This document shows positions 1 through 13,425 of a stretch of DNA of 64,000 nucleotides, one piece after another. The translations under genes and the position numbers were made by a program. This DNA comes from Eledone cirrhosa (lineage: Eukaryota): NCBI GenBank assembly GCA_964016885.1, contig OZ024743.1, positions 117,800,001 through 117,864,000 of the forward strand, read 5' to 3'. The notes beneath the pieces were generated by a model that ran no database searches, was not told where the DNA came from, and saw only the letters and a list, made by a program, of their open reading frames with translations. Numbering within the stretch: the first letter of the stretch is position 1; the number at the start of each line of letters is the position of its first letter.

Positions 1-372
1 TGGCAAAAGGGATCGACGGCTTCGGTAGCAAAGTGTTGTATGCGCCTAGGCATCAGCTTGCAGCCTCCTGCTTCATAGCCATCCAGCGCATGTGCTGATA
101 CAGACATACACGCCCGTCAGATAATCCCATTACGACCTTTCTCTCGTTCGACGCATGAGCTACAGACTAGAAGAGGCCCCTTGGCGAGGTCCGCAACAGA
201 TGGCTGGATGTGATTAAGAAAGATCTCCAGAGGCTATAATTCACCTTGAAGGTTTTAGAGGGACTGGCACGCGAATGCCAGCGATGGTATTACTGGTAGA
301 CCTGTCTGCTCTAAGCATGATGACACTTTGGGACTGCTGACCTACGATGACCCCAGTCTGATCAAGCAAGTG
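1..372 (+). pseudogene. Decayed 3' fragment of an RTE-clade LINE
   Basis: Broken translation ...RRGPLG..RWLDVIKKDLQRL..LEGLARECQRW resembles the RTE ORF C-terminus (RPRGRP..RWxDxIxxDL..A.DR..W); ends in caagcaagt, like a short-repeat tail. Confidence 0.5.
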
Positions 373-418
373 CAAAAAATAAGAAAGAAGATATATATAT
401 ATATATATATATATTTAT

Positions 419-488
419 TAAAATAACAGATTAAAGTTTAAGCAAAGAATCGCTGCTTTCACCCTTAAGGGGATCTTCTGAAACTAAC
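419..488 (-). repeat. Short dispersed module (hammerhead-like relic, CAGAAGA..GAAA); also at ~34250, 53895, 59760 and 60945
   Basis: Similar ~70-bp sequence seen five times; flanked by (TA)n here. Confidence 0.55.
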
Positions 489-792
489 CCACATATATAT
501 ATATGATTGTAGTTGGGGATCCCAATACGAACCTGTCCACCCTATCTTAAATAGCTTTCCTCAATTAAATCTCCTCGCCCACATTGAGCCTTCCTTTATT
601 TTTATTCTGTCTGCTAGTGAAACGTTTGTTCTTGCCTGATGACCCTGTGATAAATTGGCGAAACTCCAGGAAACAAGCCTCACTATGTAGCCTTAATAAA
701 ATGAATATTAAAACTCTACTTCGGTATTGAGTACTCTTTTCTGTAAGACATCAACAACATACGGAGATATATATACACACACACACACAAAC

Positions 793-880
<88 letters not shown>

Positions 881-1100
881 TGAAGGCGTGTGGCTGAGTG
901 GTTAGAGAATTGGATTCGCAATCGTAAGGTTGAGAGTTCGATTCCTGGACAGGGCGATGCGTTATGTCCTTGAGCAAGACACTTTATTTCACGTTGCTCC
1001 TTCTACCTGGAGTTGCGACCGATAGATAGTATTAGCAATTGGAAAGACCAACGGAAACATTGTTTCCTCGGTCCGATTTGACGAAAGTCGATCGTTCCTA
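881..1100 (+). mobile_element. tRNA-derived SINE, family A
   Basis: A box tggctgagtgg, B box gttcgattcc, CORE/V-like tgtccttgagcaagacactt; other copies at 41966 and 48832. Confidence 0.8.
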
Positions 1101-1116
1101 ATATATATATATATAT

Positions 1117-2549
1117 AACGAAGGAAATGTGATAAGGAACCAGGTGGACCATAACGCACCAAAGTATTCAATACTTAGGGTAGTAGAGTGGGTAATAGGA
1201 ACCAGTAAGACCCCGTCGGCTGAGCTCAAGCCGTTTCGACTAAATGAAAATTTATGCTGGTATATAAATAGCCGAGCTTCTCAAGGGGTAATTCCATATA
1301 TGGTCAAAGTGATTGTCACAAGCATTGGTCACAAGTTAGTAGTAATTCTGTGATGGCAAATTAGTGGGGGAGAGGGTGGCTAAACCTGCCAGTAGGAGAA
1401 AAAGGGGAGGGGTGGAGTAGACCCAATCATGCGTTGGTAGTGCCGGATACAGCTGGGCATGAGGTCAAAGAAGATACTAGGGAGGGGGAGGGGGAGGAAG
1501 TCGAAACGGTAAGTAGAACCATGAAGGGTAAAAATATATAAGAAAAAAATACTGAGAGTGATAAAAAGCGAATAAATGTAAAGAAAAAATATAAGCAATT
1601 TCTACGACCTAAGTTTCTAGCTATTGCTAGGCTAGATAAATAAATAAATAAAGAAAGAAATAAAGAAAGAAATAGGCGGGGTGGATTCTGAATTTATTTT
1701 TCCGTATTCTACTTTTACCTCGTACGAACTTTCATGTAGCTTGTATAAGAACTTTTGTAGCGTGGCGGTACCATTAGAGTTAGCATTAGTATATTTGTTT
1801 CGGGACTCAGAATTATTATCTCGTACTAGTTTACTTTTCTGCACTGGGTGGTTGCTGGCCTTGTGCCCGGGGTAGAAACCTTTATTAATTATTTCGTGGT
1901 AGTTTCTTTAGTATTTTGGCCCCCATTGTTGACCCGTCACCGTATGATATACGTACTTATACCTCTTAAAAGGGTCCTTTCCTATTCCGTCCCACATAGT
2001 TTATTTACTTTTTTTTTTTTTTCTTTCTTTTTTTTTTTTTTATTTATTTCTTTATTCCTTTATTTCTTTATTTCTTTATTTCTTTATTTATTTATCTAGC
2101 CTAGCAATATCTAGAGACTTAGGTCGTAGAAATTGCTTATATTTTTTTCTTTACATTTATTCGCTTTTTATCACTCTCAGTATTTTTTTTCTTATATATT
2201 TTTACCCTTCATTGTTCTACTTACCGTTTCGACTTCCTCCCCCTCCCTCACCCTATTATCTTCTTTGACCTCATGCCCAGCTGTAGCCGGCACTACCAAC
2301 GCATGATTGGGTCTACTCCACCCCCTTCTCTTTTCTCCTACTGGCAGGTTTAGCCACCCTCTCCCCCACTAATTTGCCATCACAGAATTACTACTAACTT
2401 GTGACCAATGCTTGTGACAATCACTTAGACCATATATGGAATTACCCCTTGAGAAGCTCGGCTATTTATATACCAGGATAAATTTTCATTTAGTCCAGAA
2501 TTAGCCGTCGAAACGGCTTGAGCTGAGCCGTCGGGGTCTTACTGGTTCC

Positions 2550-2551
<2 letters not shown>
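1117..2551. mobile_element. Non-coding Penelope-type pLTR element with ~470-bp inverted arms
   Basis: ~1197-1675 is the reverse complement of ~2065-2551; (TA)n on both sides; arms carry a hammerhead-like motif. Confidence 0.7.
2444..2537 (+). ncRNA. Type I hammerhead ribozyme, U3-A8 core variant
   Basis: acccc-TTGAGAA-g(ct)cggcta..tagccgtc-GAAA-cggcttgagctgagccg-TC-ggggt; stems I, II and III all pair; GUC cleavage triplet. Confidence 0.65.
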
Positions 2552-2580
<29 letters not shown>

Positions 2581-2965
2581 GTTAAAGAGTGAAGAATGAC
2601 ATGTGTTACACCCTCCAGTATTCCGATATTTTGATCAGAGACACACACTGTGTGTGTGTCTTTGATCAAATCTGAGTGGCGCAACTTCAAGTAATTAGCG
2701 GCCTTTAGAATCACCTGATCAATGAAACAATTGTTAATACTGTAAATAAAACCCTTTTTGTACAGCAGACCATGTTATTCTTCAGTCTTTCACTACTGTT
2801 ACTCGAAGAACAGCCTGCTTGGGAATTCTCGCGAACTCGCCACCCGACTAAGGAAACCTCTTGTTGAGTCAAACAACGCCATACATTAACACTATCCATA
2901 GTACAGAGAACTCACAACCTCTAGTGGGATTACCTATAACGATAACTTGTTATCCCATATATATT

Positions 2966-3111
<146 letters not shown>

Positions 3112-3495
3112 ATTTACATATACATAAAGTCACAGATATATATGTGGCAACCGGTCACGTTGTTGCTCAATGAAGAATTAATAAATTAAATAATCAGAGC
3201 AATATATCATAAATCATGTCCTTAGAATTATTAGATAAAATATATACCATTTCCTCTCCCAATTAGCATAATTAACCATATAAAAAAATCAATCAATTAA
3301 ACCAGGCTATAAGAATAAAGGCTCCTATGAAGAAATATTTGATAAATAACCGAAAGCGGCCTCTTCGCGGTGACCCCAATAGAGTATTTACCCAACATTT
3401 CAACAGCATGTAGAAACTGACTAAATATACCGTCAACCATACACAATTAGGTGTAAATTTAAACTTAGAAGAAACGTGTACATGCCGTAATTACA

Positions 3496-3573
3496 TCTCT
3501 ACCATGGTTTCGTCCTTATTTTTAGAGATCCTACTATTAAGGATGAACCTAGAGTAACAGACTCATCAGGAGA
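3496..3573 (-). ncRNA. Type I hammerhead ribozyme with long stem II
   Basis: Reverse complement: tctc-CTGATGA-gtctg...aggac-GAAA-ccatgg-TA-gaga; palindromic stem III accatggt. Confidence 0.7.
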
Positions 3574-4124
3574 CAAACTCAGTCGGACAGTTAATTTTCC
3601 AAAGCGATCGCCCCAAAAATAGATTCACAAATGGCTAAGAATCGTGACGTGGCAATGGTCAAATTAGAAAGAATGTGATTAGTTGCTTACGGCAAGTAGG
3701 CTGGTTGCTAGAAAGCGCAGCCCAATATCGCCCAATTGCATCTCAACCCAACGGGAGATTATTAAATGTAAAGATTTACATATACATAAAGTCACAGATA
3801 TATATGTGGCAACCGGTCACGTTGTGGCTCAATGAAGAATTAATAAATTAAATAATCAGAGCAATATATCATAAATCATGTCCTTAGAATTATTAGATAA
3901 AATATATACCATTTCCTCTCACAATTAGCATAATTAAACATATAAAAAATCAATTAGAGCAGGCTATAAGGATAAAGGCTCCTATGAAGAAATATTTGAT
4001 GAATAACCGAAAGCGGCCTCTTCGCGGTGACCCGAATAGAGTATTTACCAAACATTTCAACAGCATTTTTGAATCTATTTTTGGCGCGATCGCTTTGGAA
4101 AATTAACTGTCCGACTGAGTTTGT

Positions 4125-4200
4125 CTCCTGATGAGTCTGTTACTCTAGGTTCATCCTTAATAGTAGGATCTCTAAAAATACGGACGAAACCATGGTAGAG
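4125..4200 (+). ncRNA. Type I hammerhead ribozyme with long stem II
   Basis: ctc-CTGATGA-gtctg...cggac-GAAA-ccatgg-TA-gag; GUA triplet. Confidence 0.72.
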
Positions 4201-4594
4201 TTGTAATTACGGTAAGTACACGTTTCTTCTAAGTTTAAATTTACACCTTATTGTGTATGGTTGACGGTATATTTAGTCAGTTTCTACATGCTGTTGAAAT
4301 GTTGGGTAAATACTCTATTGGGGTCACCGCGAAGAGGCCGCTTTCGGTTATTTATCAAATATTTCTTCATAGGACCCTTTATTCTTATAGCCTGGTCTAA
4401 TTGATTTTTCATGTGGCTAATTATGGTAATTGGGAGAGGAAATGGAAATGGTATGTATTTTATCTAATAATTCGAAGGACATGATTTATGATATATATAT
4501 ATATATGTGTATATATATATATATGTATACATTGTTATATTTGTTTCGACACACGATTTCATATCAAAAACCTCGCAAAACAATTTCATCGCCG

Positions 4595-4636
<42 letters not shown>

Positions 4637-4675
4637 GATATTAATAAATGGAAACTATATTTATAAAACCATATT

Positions 4676-4740
4676 TATTTCATTATACATATTTCAGGGA
4701 TACCAAATTAAATTATGGTATGCCTTCATCAGACAAAATA
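4676..4740 (-). ncRNA. Type I hammerhead ribozyme in 3' pLTR
   Basis: Reverse complement of 8513-8577; intact CUGAUGA/GAAA core. Confidence 0.72.
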
Positions 4741-6416
4741 CAATATATAACAGTTTTACAAATAAGCTTTGACGTACCCTATTAAAATGCAACCATTGTT
4801 TTTGGAAGTCATCCGGGTAGTGAATTGTTTATATAACTTTAATAAGTCATAGTGTTAAGGACAATTAGAAAAAGACGGAGAGAAAGAAAAAACGTGGAGA
4901 AATATCGGAGAGAGAGAGAGATGCATGGAGAAAAAAAAAGAAAGAGATAAGTAAAGACAGGAGGAAAGGAAGAAAGAAGAAAAAAGGAAGAAATAAGAAA
5001 AGCAGAGGAAAGCAACAGAGAGATATTAAGTCAACAGACAGATAGAAAAACTCAAGAGAGAGAAATGTTATATAGAGAGAGAGGGAGATTATGAAAACTT
5101 TACGTCACGTCATGTTAAGTTGAGTTAACAATTCATATGAAATGAATAATAAAAATGGAAATATTAATATTCATTAATGGGACATAGATATATAATATGA
5201 GAAATTAAACATTGTTTAATAATGACTATATGTTTAGTTTAAACCTTGAGATCAATATACCAAAATTTGGGTTTAATCTCCAAAATGAACACATTGCTAG
5301 AGAAAGTCAGTATCTCAGCCAAAGACACACAAATATATATATATATATATATACACGCACGTCCTGAAAATAGAAATTATATTTACTCAAGTCAACAATA
5401 TAGACATATAAAGCGCAGACGATTTCTCTTAATCACTGCTATAAATTCCTTGTGTTATAAAAAGTTCACAGTATATATACACATAAATATATACGATTAA
5501 CATTCATGACTTCGTATAAATGATTACCATTCATGCATTTAAAATTTCTGCAATCCAAACTGCGTGGTTATGCAACATAACTTTTACCCACACATATACA
5601 TACACACACATATATACATATACACCTATATATGTATAAATAAATATCTGCGTCTGTCATCAGGCATCGCTCATGTTTACATACATACAATCATAAAAAA
5701 CCTATAACACTTTTATATGCATGTTAATACACACATAGACATTTGTATAGAGATAATCAAATATCAATATATTACTAAGGATTATACTTTGGAAATATAA
5801 TTATACCAATATTAATTTAAAATACCAAAGGATTATATTTTGGAAATACATCTATATCAGTAGGGTCAAAAGGACAAACGAATTCTAGAAATGTCAAAGC
5901 ATTAAATATCTTTAAAACACTATAGAGTATCTTTAATTAAAATATGTTTTATATATTTAGTATAGAAAATTATCCTACTTATATTTCAATCAAGATATTG
6001 AAAGGGTAGACTTATGAGAATTATGAGAAGCTATCAGAATCAAAGCAAAACTAATAAAAATAAATAAAAATAAAATTAAATAAAAGTTAAATAAATATTA
6101 TATCAATATAATTTAAAAATTTAAAAATTTAAAGATCTGAAAATATCAAAAAATTTCAAACAGAATTAAACATTTTTTCAAAATTCAAAAATTTAAAAGA
6201 TTTAAAAAACCAAGGATTCTATAGATATCCTTATATTTAGTATAGAAATTTATCCTACGCATATTTTATTTAAGATATTGTAAGTGTAGACATTTTAAAG
6301 TAGTTTATTATATCTATGTTTATATTTAGGAAGAAAGTTTAAAAAGAAAAAGGTGAAGGACTCTAATGATTTATCGACAGGTTTTATATATTAACTAAAT
6401 TACTTAATTAATTATA

Positions 6417-8250
6417 CTACATTTTAAATTTATATTTATATTTAAACGTTGAGTTCAATCTATGTCTGCAGCAACTGAATAAATTGTTCCTTAAATTAAG
6501 GGAATTTTTGGACTTTAATATAAAGAATATTTCTTCAATACAAAGATCACAATTTTCTGAAGAGGAATTAAAAGGAGTAGCTTTTGAAATAATATTCCAA
6601 GTCATCGAATATTTAACATTATCTCGTTTTAGGTCCCATAGTAGGCTAGATAGCGAAGTTGAAGATTTTTTGTTTGGATCTGTGAAAGAATTTTTATGAT
6701 TATTGAAGCGAAATTTAAATTCAGTCGAGGTAGAACCAACATTGTTGAACGAATTTAAATTAGTTTTAACATTACAATTGTACACTACATTTTTAGCTAA
6801 GCAGTTGTTATTTAACGGACAGTTAGATTTATTTCTACTGTTACAATTATTCAATCGAATATTGCTTGGGTTATTATTGGTATTTTGGTTAAGTTTTAAA
6901 TTTCTATTATTAATTCTATTAATATTTTGTGCTAAATTGTTGGTGGACGAGTAAGTTAATTTTATAGTGTGTCTATTAAAAATTGAGTAATATTTATGTG
7001 TTCTAGGGAAGCGTTTGTCAAGAGCTTTAAAGAATAGTTTAGCAATAGGGGTTTTAATATTTAGTGAGAAAGGGGGAGCAAACCATAATATGTTTCTAGT
7101 TCTATTTCTTTTTCGGCTTTTGGAATTATTGTAATGTTTTCTATTATAGTTGCTAAAGTTGTTACCATAATTAACATTGTTATTATTTTGGTTAGAGTGC
7201 TTATTATTATTATTATTATCAATGTATTTAATTTCATTTCTATATAAGCTCTACCTGACGCTTCGTTTTAATACTGCGCTTTTTCATCAAATATATTTTT
7301 ATTAGATGAAATTCTTGAAATTCTTTCATGAACAGAGTTCTCTATAGTATTTTTAACAGATCTGGGGTGATTAGAGTTAAAATTAACATAATTCAAGTTC
7401 TCATTTAGTTTGTGAAATGGATAATGAATACATATGTTGAGATTTAGTGTTACGTCAAGAAAATTGACTATTTTATGGTTATTCTCTATTTCTACTTTTA
7501 GATTATGGTAATTAAAAAATTGTATAATTTGTTTTCTTATCCTATTTAGTTCACAGCTATTATTTTGTATAAGTAAAAGCATGTCATCACGATATAAGCC
7601 TCCGGTTACACCTGATATTTTACTATGTAGCGAATTAATTATAAATAGGCCCACAAGGTCCGTTACCTGAGCTGAGTCTGATGATCCCATAGTTATGTCG
7701 AAATTATTATTTCTATCTGCCCTAGTCCAGAGTTGGTTATTAAATTCTATCAATGTTTTCCTTGCCGATAATATAATGTGCATTTCATTGCTAGTTAGGT
7801 CAGTATGTTTAAATGCGTAATTTAGTGCCTTATTCAGTAGATTAGGAGTGATAGATGAGTAGTAGTTAGCAATATCCAGCTGAATAAACTTATTATTATA
7901 GTTATATTTAATTTCTTTAAACCAATCGATAACCTCACTAGTCCCTTTCCATAATTTTTAAGTAAGATAAATTAGGTAAGTTTTTAATTTGTTGTATTAC
8001 CCTGTCTAGAATATTTTTGCTAAGTTTGCCCAGGTCAGATTTGGATGGTGCAATTAATCTGACTGGTAAATCATTTTCAAAGTTTCTTTTGTGATCCTTC
8101 ATATTGATCTTAGGTTTCCTAGGCATGAAGGGTTGTGTTTTATTCTCAATGTCTAATTCATGCATTATACAAGATGCATCTGTATTCAGTTTTTCAAGTT
8201 CGTCCTTATTTGCTACCTTGTACTTTTTCCTTAGTTCTTTCAATTTTCTT
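6417..8250 (-). pseudogene. Penelope-like RT + GIY-YIG endonuclease, frameshifted
   Basis: PVRLIAPSKSDLGKLSK, FIQLDIANYYSSI, FDITMGSSDSAQVTDLVG, GGLYRDDML, NFLDVTLNL, SNHP; CNSRNKSNCPLNNNC..VVY..VGSTSTEFKFRFNNH..CDLCIEE..CCRH. Confidence 0.9.
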
Positions 8251-8512
8251 TTTTCTTTTTTCTTCATTCTTCCTTTCCTCCTGTCTTTACTTATCTCTTT
8301 CTTTTTTTCTCCATGCATCTCTCTCTTCGATATTTCTCCACGTTTTTTCTTTCTCTCCGTCTTTTTCTTTCTCTCCGTTTTTTTCTAATTGTCCTTAACA
8401 CTATGACTTATTAAAGTTATATAAACAATTCACTATCCGCGTGACTTCCAAAAACAATGGTTGCATTTTAATAGGGTACGTCAAAGCTTATTGGTAAAAC
8501 TGTTATATATTG

Positions 8513-8577
8513 TATTTTGTCTGATGAAGGCATACCATAATTTAATTTGGTATCCCTGAAATATGTATAATGAAATA
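8513..8577 (+). ncRNA. Type I hammerhead ribozyme in inverted pLTR
   Basis: tattttgt-CTGATGA-agg(c)atacca..tggtat(c)cct-GAAA-tatgta-TA-atgaaata; AUA triplet. Confidence 0.72.
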
Positions 8578-8697
8578 AATATGGTTTTATAAATATAGTT
8601 TCCATTTATTAATATCGTATATCTACTTCAAATACTTGTCGTTATCAGTTATAAAAATATTTACTTGTTGTATCCCAACAATTTTAAATAGAACTTT

Positions 8698-8816
<119 letters not shown>

Positions 8817-8973
8817 TATAAAATACTGAATGACATATACATACATTTAAATATCCAATGAAATAAATGTATAAGACGTATCAAATTTTAACAATTTAAA
8901 ACAGATAAAAATCATACGTATATATGTACATATATATAAATAGATACATACATATATGTATATGAATATTATG

Positions 8974-9005
<32 letters not shown>

Positions 9006-9138
9006 TATATAATACATGAATATACATATGCATATTTTTATCTCTCTCTCCCTATATATATATGTATATATGTATATATATGTGTGTGTGTGTCTGTGTG
9101 TGTGTATGTGTACATACATAATTTACATAGACATCAAC

Positions 9139-9169
<31 letters not shown>

Positions 9170-10026
9170 CGTGCGTGAGTGTGTGTACACATACATTCAA
9201 AATTACATATGTATACATACACATTTCACATGTCTGTATTAAGATGTTTCTCGTTCGTCCGCAAATCTAATCAATGGTCTACTTTATTTTATTCAATATT
9301 TATACCCGGATTACTTTGTTCAGCAATCCTTTCAAAAGTTACATTATTATTACTTTTTCAGACATCTTGTCTCTATTTCACGACATTTTAATAGAATTGA
9401 AAACATTTCCTCCTTAACTAAAGCCAAGTCTCCAGTGAAGCTTTCATCAACCAGCAAGGTATTTTCCTTCTACATATCTCAATATAGATTTAAGCTTCTG
9501 GTTCGTTGACTTTTTGAGGAGACATTGAAATATGTCAAAGCGAGAAAATTATCCTTCTTTTTTCCCTGTCAAGCTTTATCCTAGGACATCATCTTATATT
9601 CATATTATCAATACACACAGTTAATTTAGCATGCTTCAAGTATGAATAGAATATCTGCAGAGTTAAACAAAAAACAACAGTAATATACATGATAAATAAT
9701 AATAATATTACAAACTATTGCCTGATTGCTTACTGACATCAAACTATATATATTACATTGTATTTATTATTTTTTATGAGAGTTTAATCTGTGACAGTTT
9801 AAGTAAAGTGTTTACCGCAGAGAATAATATAACAAAGGCTAGCACCATGGGAAGATTATGCGTGCTAAAATAGAAAAAGAAACCTTAAATATAAGAGAGA
9901 GCAACGGAGGTGAGTTTCTACATGAACGCTCGACCTGCTACAATTAGGAGCCAATGTTTCCTCAAATCACACCACATTCTTCAAAAAGAGTAAGTAAACA
10001 GGTTATGGAGTCGGTGATACTTTTAT

Positions 10027-10200
10027 AATTGTTTCTACTTTTGGCACAAGGCCAGCAATTATCCCAGTGCATTACTGGTACTTTATTGTATCGACCCCAT
10101 AACGATGAAAGGCAAAGTTAACCTCTGCGGGATTTGAACTCATACCGTAAAGGGGCGTAACTCTATGGTGCGATTCTCTACCGATACTGCCAATCCACTA
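10027..10200 (-). mobile_element. tRNA-derived SINE, family B (Deu/Nin-like central domain)
   Basis: Reverse complement has tggcagtatcgg (A box), gagttcaaatcc (B box) and tttgcctttcatc..ggggtcgata..aagtaccag; many copies in window. Confidence 0.8.
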
Positions 10201-10204
10201 TAAT

Positions 10205-10510
10205 GACGGAAAGCCACGTCTCGACTTTTTCTCATCACAGACACCCTAAACTGCATCCAAAGAAAAGCCGCTTGACTAAGTGGCATGACGTTGTTTAGCA
10301 AAGCAATGCTATGTTTGGTCTACATACGTGTTCTGTGCATTTTCTGCCATTTCCTATCGGAGCTGACTGGTCTCGTGCCACCTCCACTCAAGTGTTCCGG
10401 ACTCAGTTGTCTTTCATCATTTTGTCAATCATATCTTGCTTCCATCACAGATCCTTAAGTAATTAATAGGCTGTGTTATTCTTCCCCAGGACTTTGTCCC
10501 TTTGCATATA
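10205..10510 (+). pseudogene. Highly decayed LINE 3' fragment
   Basis: TDTLNCIQRKAA.. and LSELTGLVPPPL resemble the post-RT region of CR1/Jockey-group LINEs. Confidence 0.3.
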
Positions 10511-11544
10511 TTTGTACTGTAACAGCCGATTTGCAATAGTACTAGGGAAAGTTTCAGCGGGTTAACTTGGAGCATGACAGTGACATATACATGCTTCCTT
10601 TTATTAAAAGAATACCTCGCATTGACATGTAACTGTAAAAAAGCGACCTACCCAAGAAAAACATACGTGTCCGCTCTAAAGTTAGTCTCTTTTATTAGTA
10701 GTTTCCGCAGATTTTAGATTTTAGCAGCCAAATCGTCTTTAATCTGCACTGAATTTCAACAAGGATATAATGGTAAAAATGTGCTAGATAAAATCGTGAT
10801 TGAAACTCTCTTTCGCCATAAGTCGGCCTCATCAGGAGACACCCGTAACTATAATAAGAAAAATAAAACAACCAGTCACCACGTCTAATACAGTTAAATA
10901 ACAATGAAAAAATTAAATTTCTACACGTTGGATATATATCTCATCCGTCAAATAAAATATGAGCACGAGAACTACATGGTCAATGTAGTAGGGTGGTTGA
11001 ATATTATTGGTGAAAGCGAACAACGTGGTTTGATATACTATTGACCGAATATATAGATGGCTGAACTAATATGACCTAAGTGAAACTAGCCACGTGTATT
11101 AATGGGAAAATAATCCACAACCCTCGATAAGTCTGATGGATACGGATTGGTGGCGAAACAGCAAGAAATGTCATTCGGCTCGAAGCTCTTCACAAGGAAA
11201 CTCCACCGATTTTAGCAATTGGATAATACCTCTGACATAGAGTGAAGTAGTATCTGAAACTGATTAATATCGAGAAATATTCAATTAGAGAATCTCTGTA
11301 TAGTATATATTGGAATTAACAACGATGTCCAATGTGGGGGTTATTCAGACAATTGGTTTGAGTGTGAAGAAAAGTAAGTACAGAAAATCAGAATTTATCC
11401 TCTTTCTTTAACCATTATAAATGGTTATAAAGGCTCTTGAACTTTTGTGTGGCATAATGCCTTTCAAATGTATCCAATGATGATATTGATGATGGATTGG
11501 AAAGAACAAAAACTAAACATTGAAACAATAGGGGTATTGAATAA

Positions 11545-11757
11545 TGATTTCTTATATAGGCACAAGGCCAGTAATTTGGGGGGAGGGGAAAGTCAATTAA
11601 ATCGACCCCAGTACGTTACTGGTGCTTTATTTTATCGACGCCGTGAGGATGAAAGGCAAAGTTAACCTCCGCGGGATTTGAACTCAGACCGTAAAGGACC
11701 ATAATTCTATGCTGCAAAGCATGGTGTCCGACTCTCCACCGATATTGCCAAATCAAG
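11545..11757 (-). mobile_element. SINE family B copy
   Basis: ggcacaaggccag..gatgaaaggcaaagttaacctc..gggatttgaactc. Confidence 0.75.
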
Positions 11758-11917
11758 AGGGATTGAGTAATGAAATAAAATAATAAACAGGGACCTGAAA
11801 GTAACTAAATAATGTTATACACACTGACACTCACACACACATGCATATATATATATATATATATATACGATATTAAACAAATGGAAAGTATATTTATAAA
11901 ACCATATTTATTTCATT

Positions 11918-11960
<43 letters not shown>

Positions 11961-13425
11961 TACAAATATTAATAAAATAGATGTTCTTTTGATCAATTCC
12001 ATTTTATAATACATATTTGGGATTTACGACTGTACGTCCTCATCAAACAAAATATAATTATACATACATGACATACCCTGAGATGTTAAATGGTTAAGAT
12101 TTAATCAAGGTAGTGATTAACCCAAGACAAATTTAACATTTTCTCATTATAATAATGAGAAAATGCGAAAACGTAATAAAATCAACAGAGAAAGTGCGAG
12201 TAAGAAAAACGTTGCTTAATGTAACAGTTAAATAGATATTAAGATGTATGATACTATAATTTTTGAATAAAGGAGGGGGGGGGGGGTAATAAACTGAAGG
12301 AGATTTATTTTTGCCGAAAGTTAAACGGTTAATTTTGAAAATATTTAATTTATGGTATTATAGGGTGAAGGTTCGAGATTTTTTTTCTTTTTTTTTTAAA
12401 TTGCTGGTTATTTATATATTAGTTTTATAAATTCTATAAGTGTGTTAACATTTCAAAGCTTCTGAATTTCATGAGGGTAACATTTATAGGATTTAGCTGG
12501 CCAACAGGAGTGAGAGTTTATACTGTTGATTATTTTCCTAAATGTAAACTTTAACGGAGATACTGAGCGTATTAGGTATGTAAAGCTTGTGAAGTACTTA
12601 TTGTTAGAAATATTTAAATAGCGATTATGTATATATATATATATTAATGAGCCAGTATATTTTAGGAGATTATAACAAAATAATAAATTGATGCATGTTA
12701 AGGTTAAATATACACCTATATATAGCAGGGTGTAAATGCATTAATTATTCTTAGTTCAGAGTAAACGTAATCAAGAAATTTAGAAGTTAACTAAAAATTA
12801 TATATAGTAATATATAGGGAGGTATATATAGATATATATTAGGTATTAATGGTACAGTATACTTTAGGTAGATGATAACGGTTACAATTTTATATAATAA
12901 AGTTCTACGTGTTACAGTTAAATACATATATGTATATAAGAGAAAGAATAATAAAAAAAATGCATGGATAATTCAGAGTTCAAGATAATGTCTATAATTT
13001 ATAGTTTGGATATTTGCTCTATATTTGAATCATGGATATATAAATGCAGTAGGTATATTTTAAAAAATATAAAAAATATAATTACGTATATATTATAATA
13101 TATTATAAATAAGAGATAAAAAAACGCGTTAAAAAATTCACAGTTATAAATAAGATCCGTAAAAATATATGGGTTGGATATTAAACTAAAATTTAAAACT
13201 TAGAAAGGAAGATAGATAGAGAGATAAAGAAATAAAGAAATAGAGAAAAATAATGCTATTGATCAAAGTTAGTAAAATAATGTTATGTGTAAATATTCAG
13301 CATGTTATTGAACAAGTGTCTTTCATTCGAGCGTTATTTCTTCTATACATAGTTATAAGATAATGCAATATTAAAGGCCATTAATGTTTTTCCCTGTTGA
13401 TTATATATGTCTGACAACCAAGTTT

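Noticed and set aside
626-680. CTGATGA..GAAAC hammerhead-like motif (similar weak cases near 2800, 11130, 37050-37115, 43465 and 56047)
   Set aside because: Cleavage triplet, GAAA or stems are missing; at most decayed relics
881-950. tRNA-like sequence with A and B boxes
   Set aside because: It is the head of a multi-copy SINE and no complete cloverleaf is evident
1632-1844. 70-aa ORF between the inverted arms, faintly like a GIY-YIG C-terminus
   Set aside because: No catalytic or cysteine motifs; adjoins a SINE fragment
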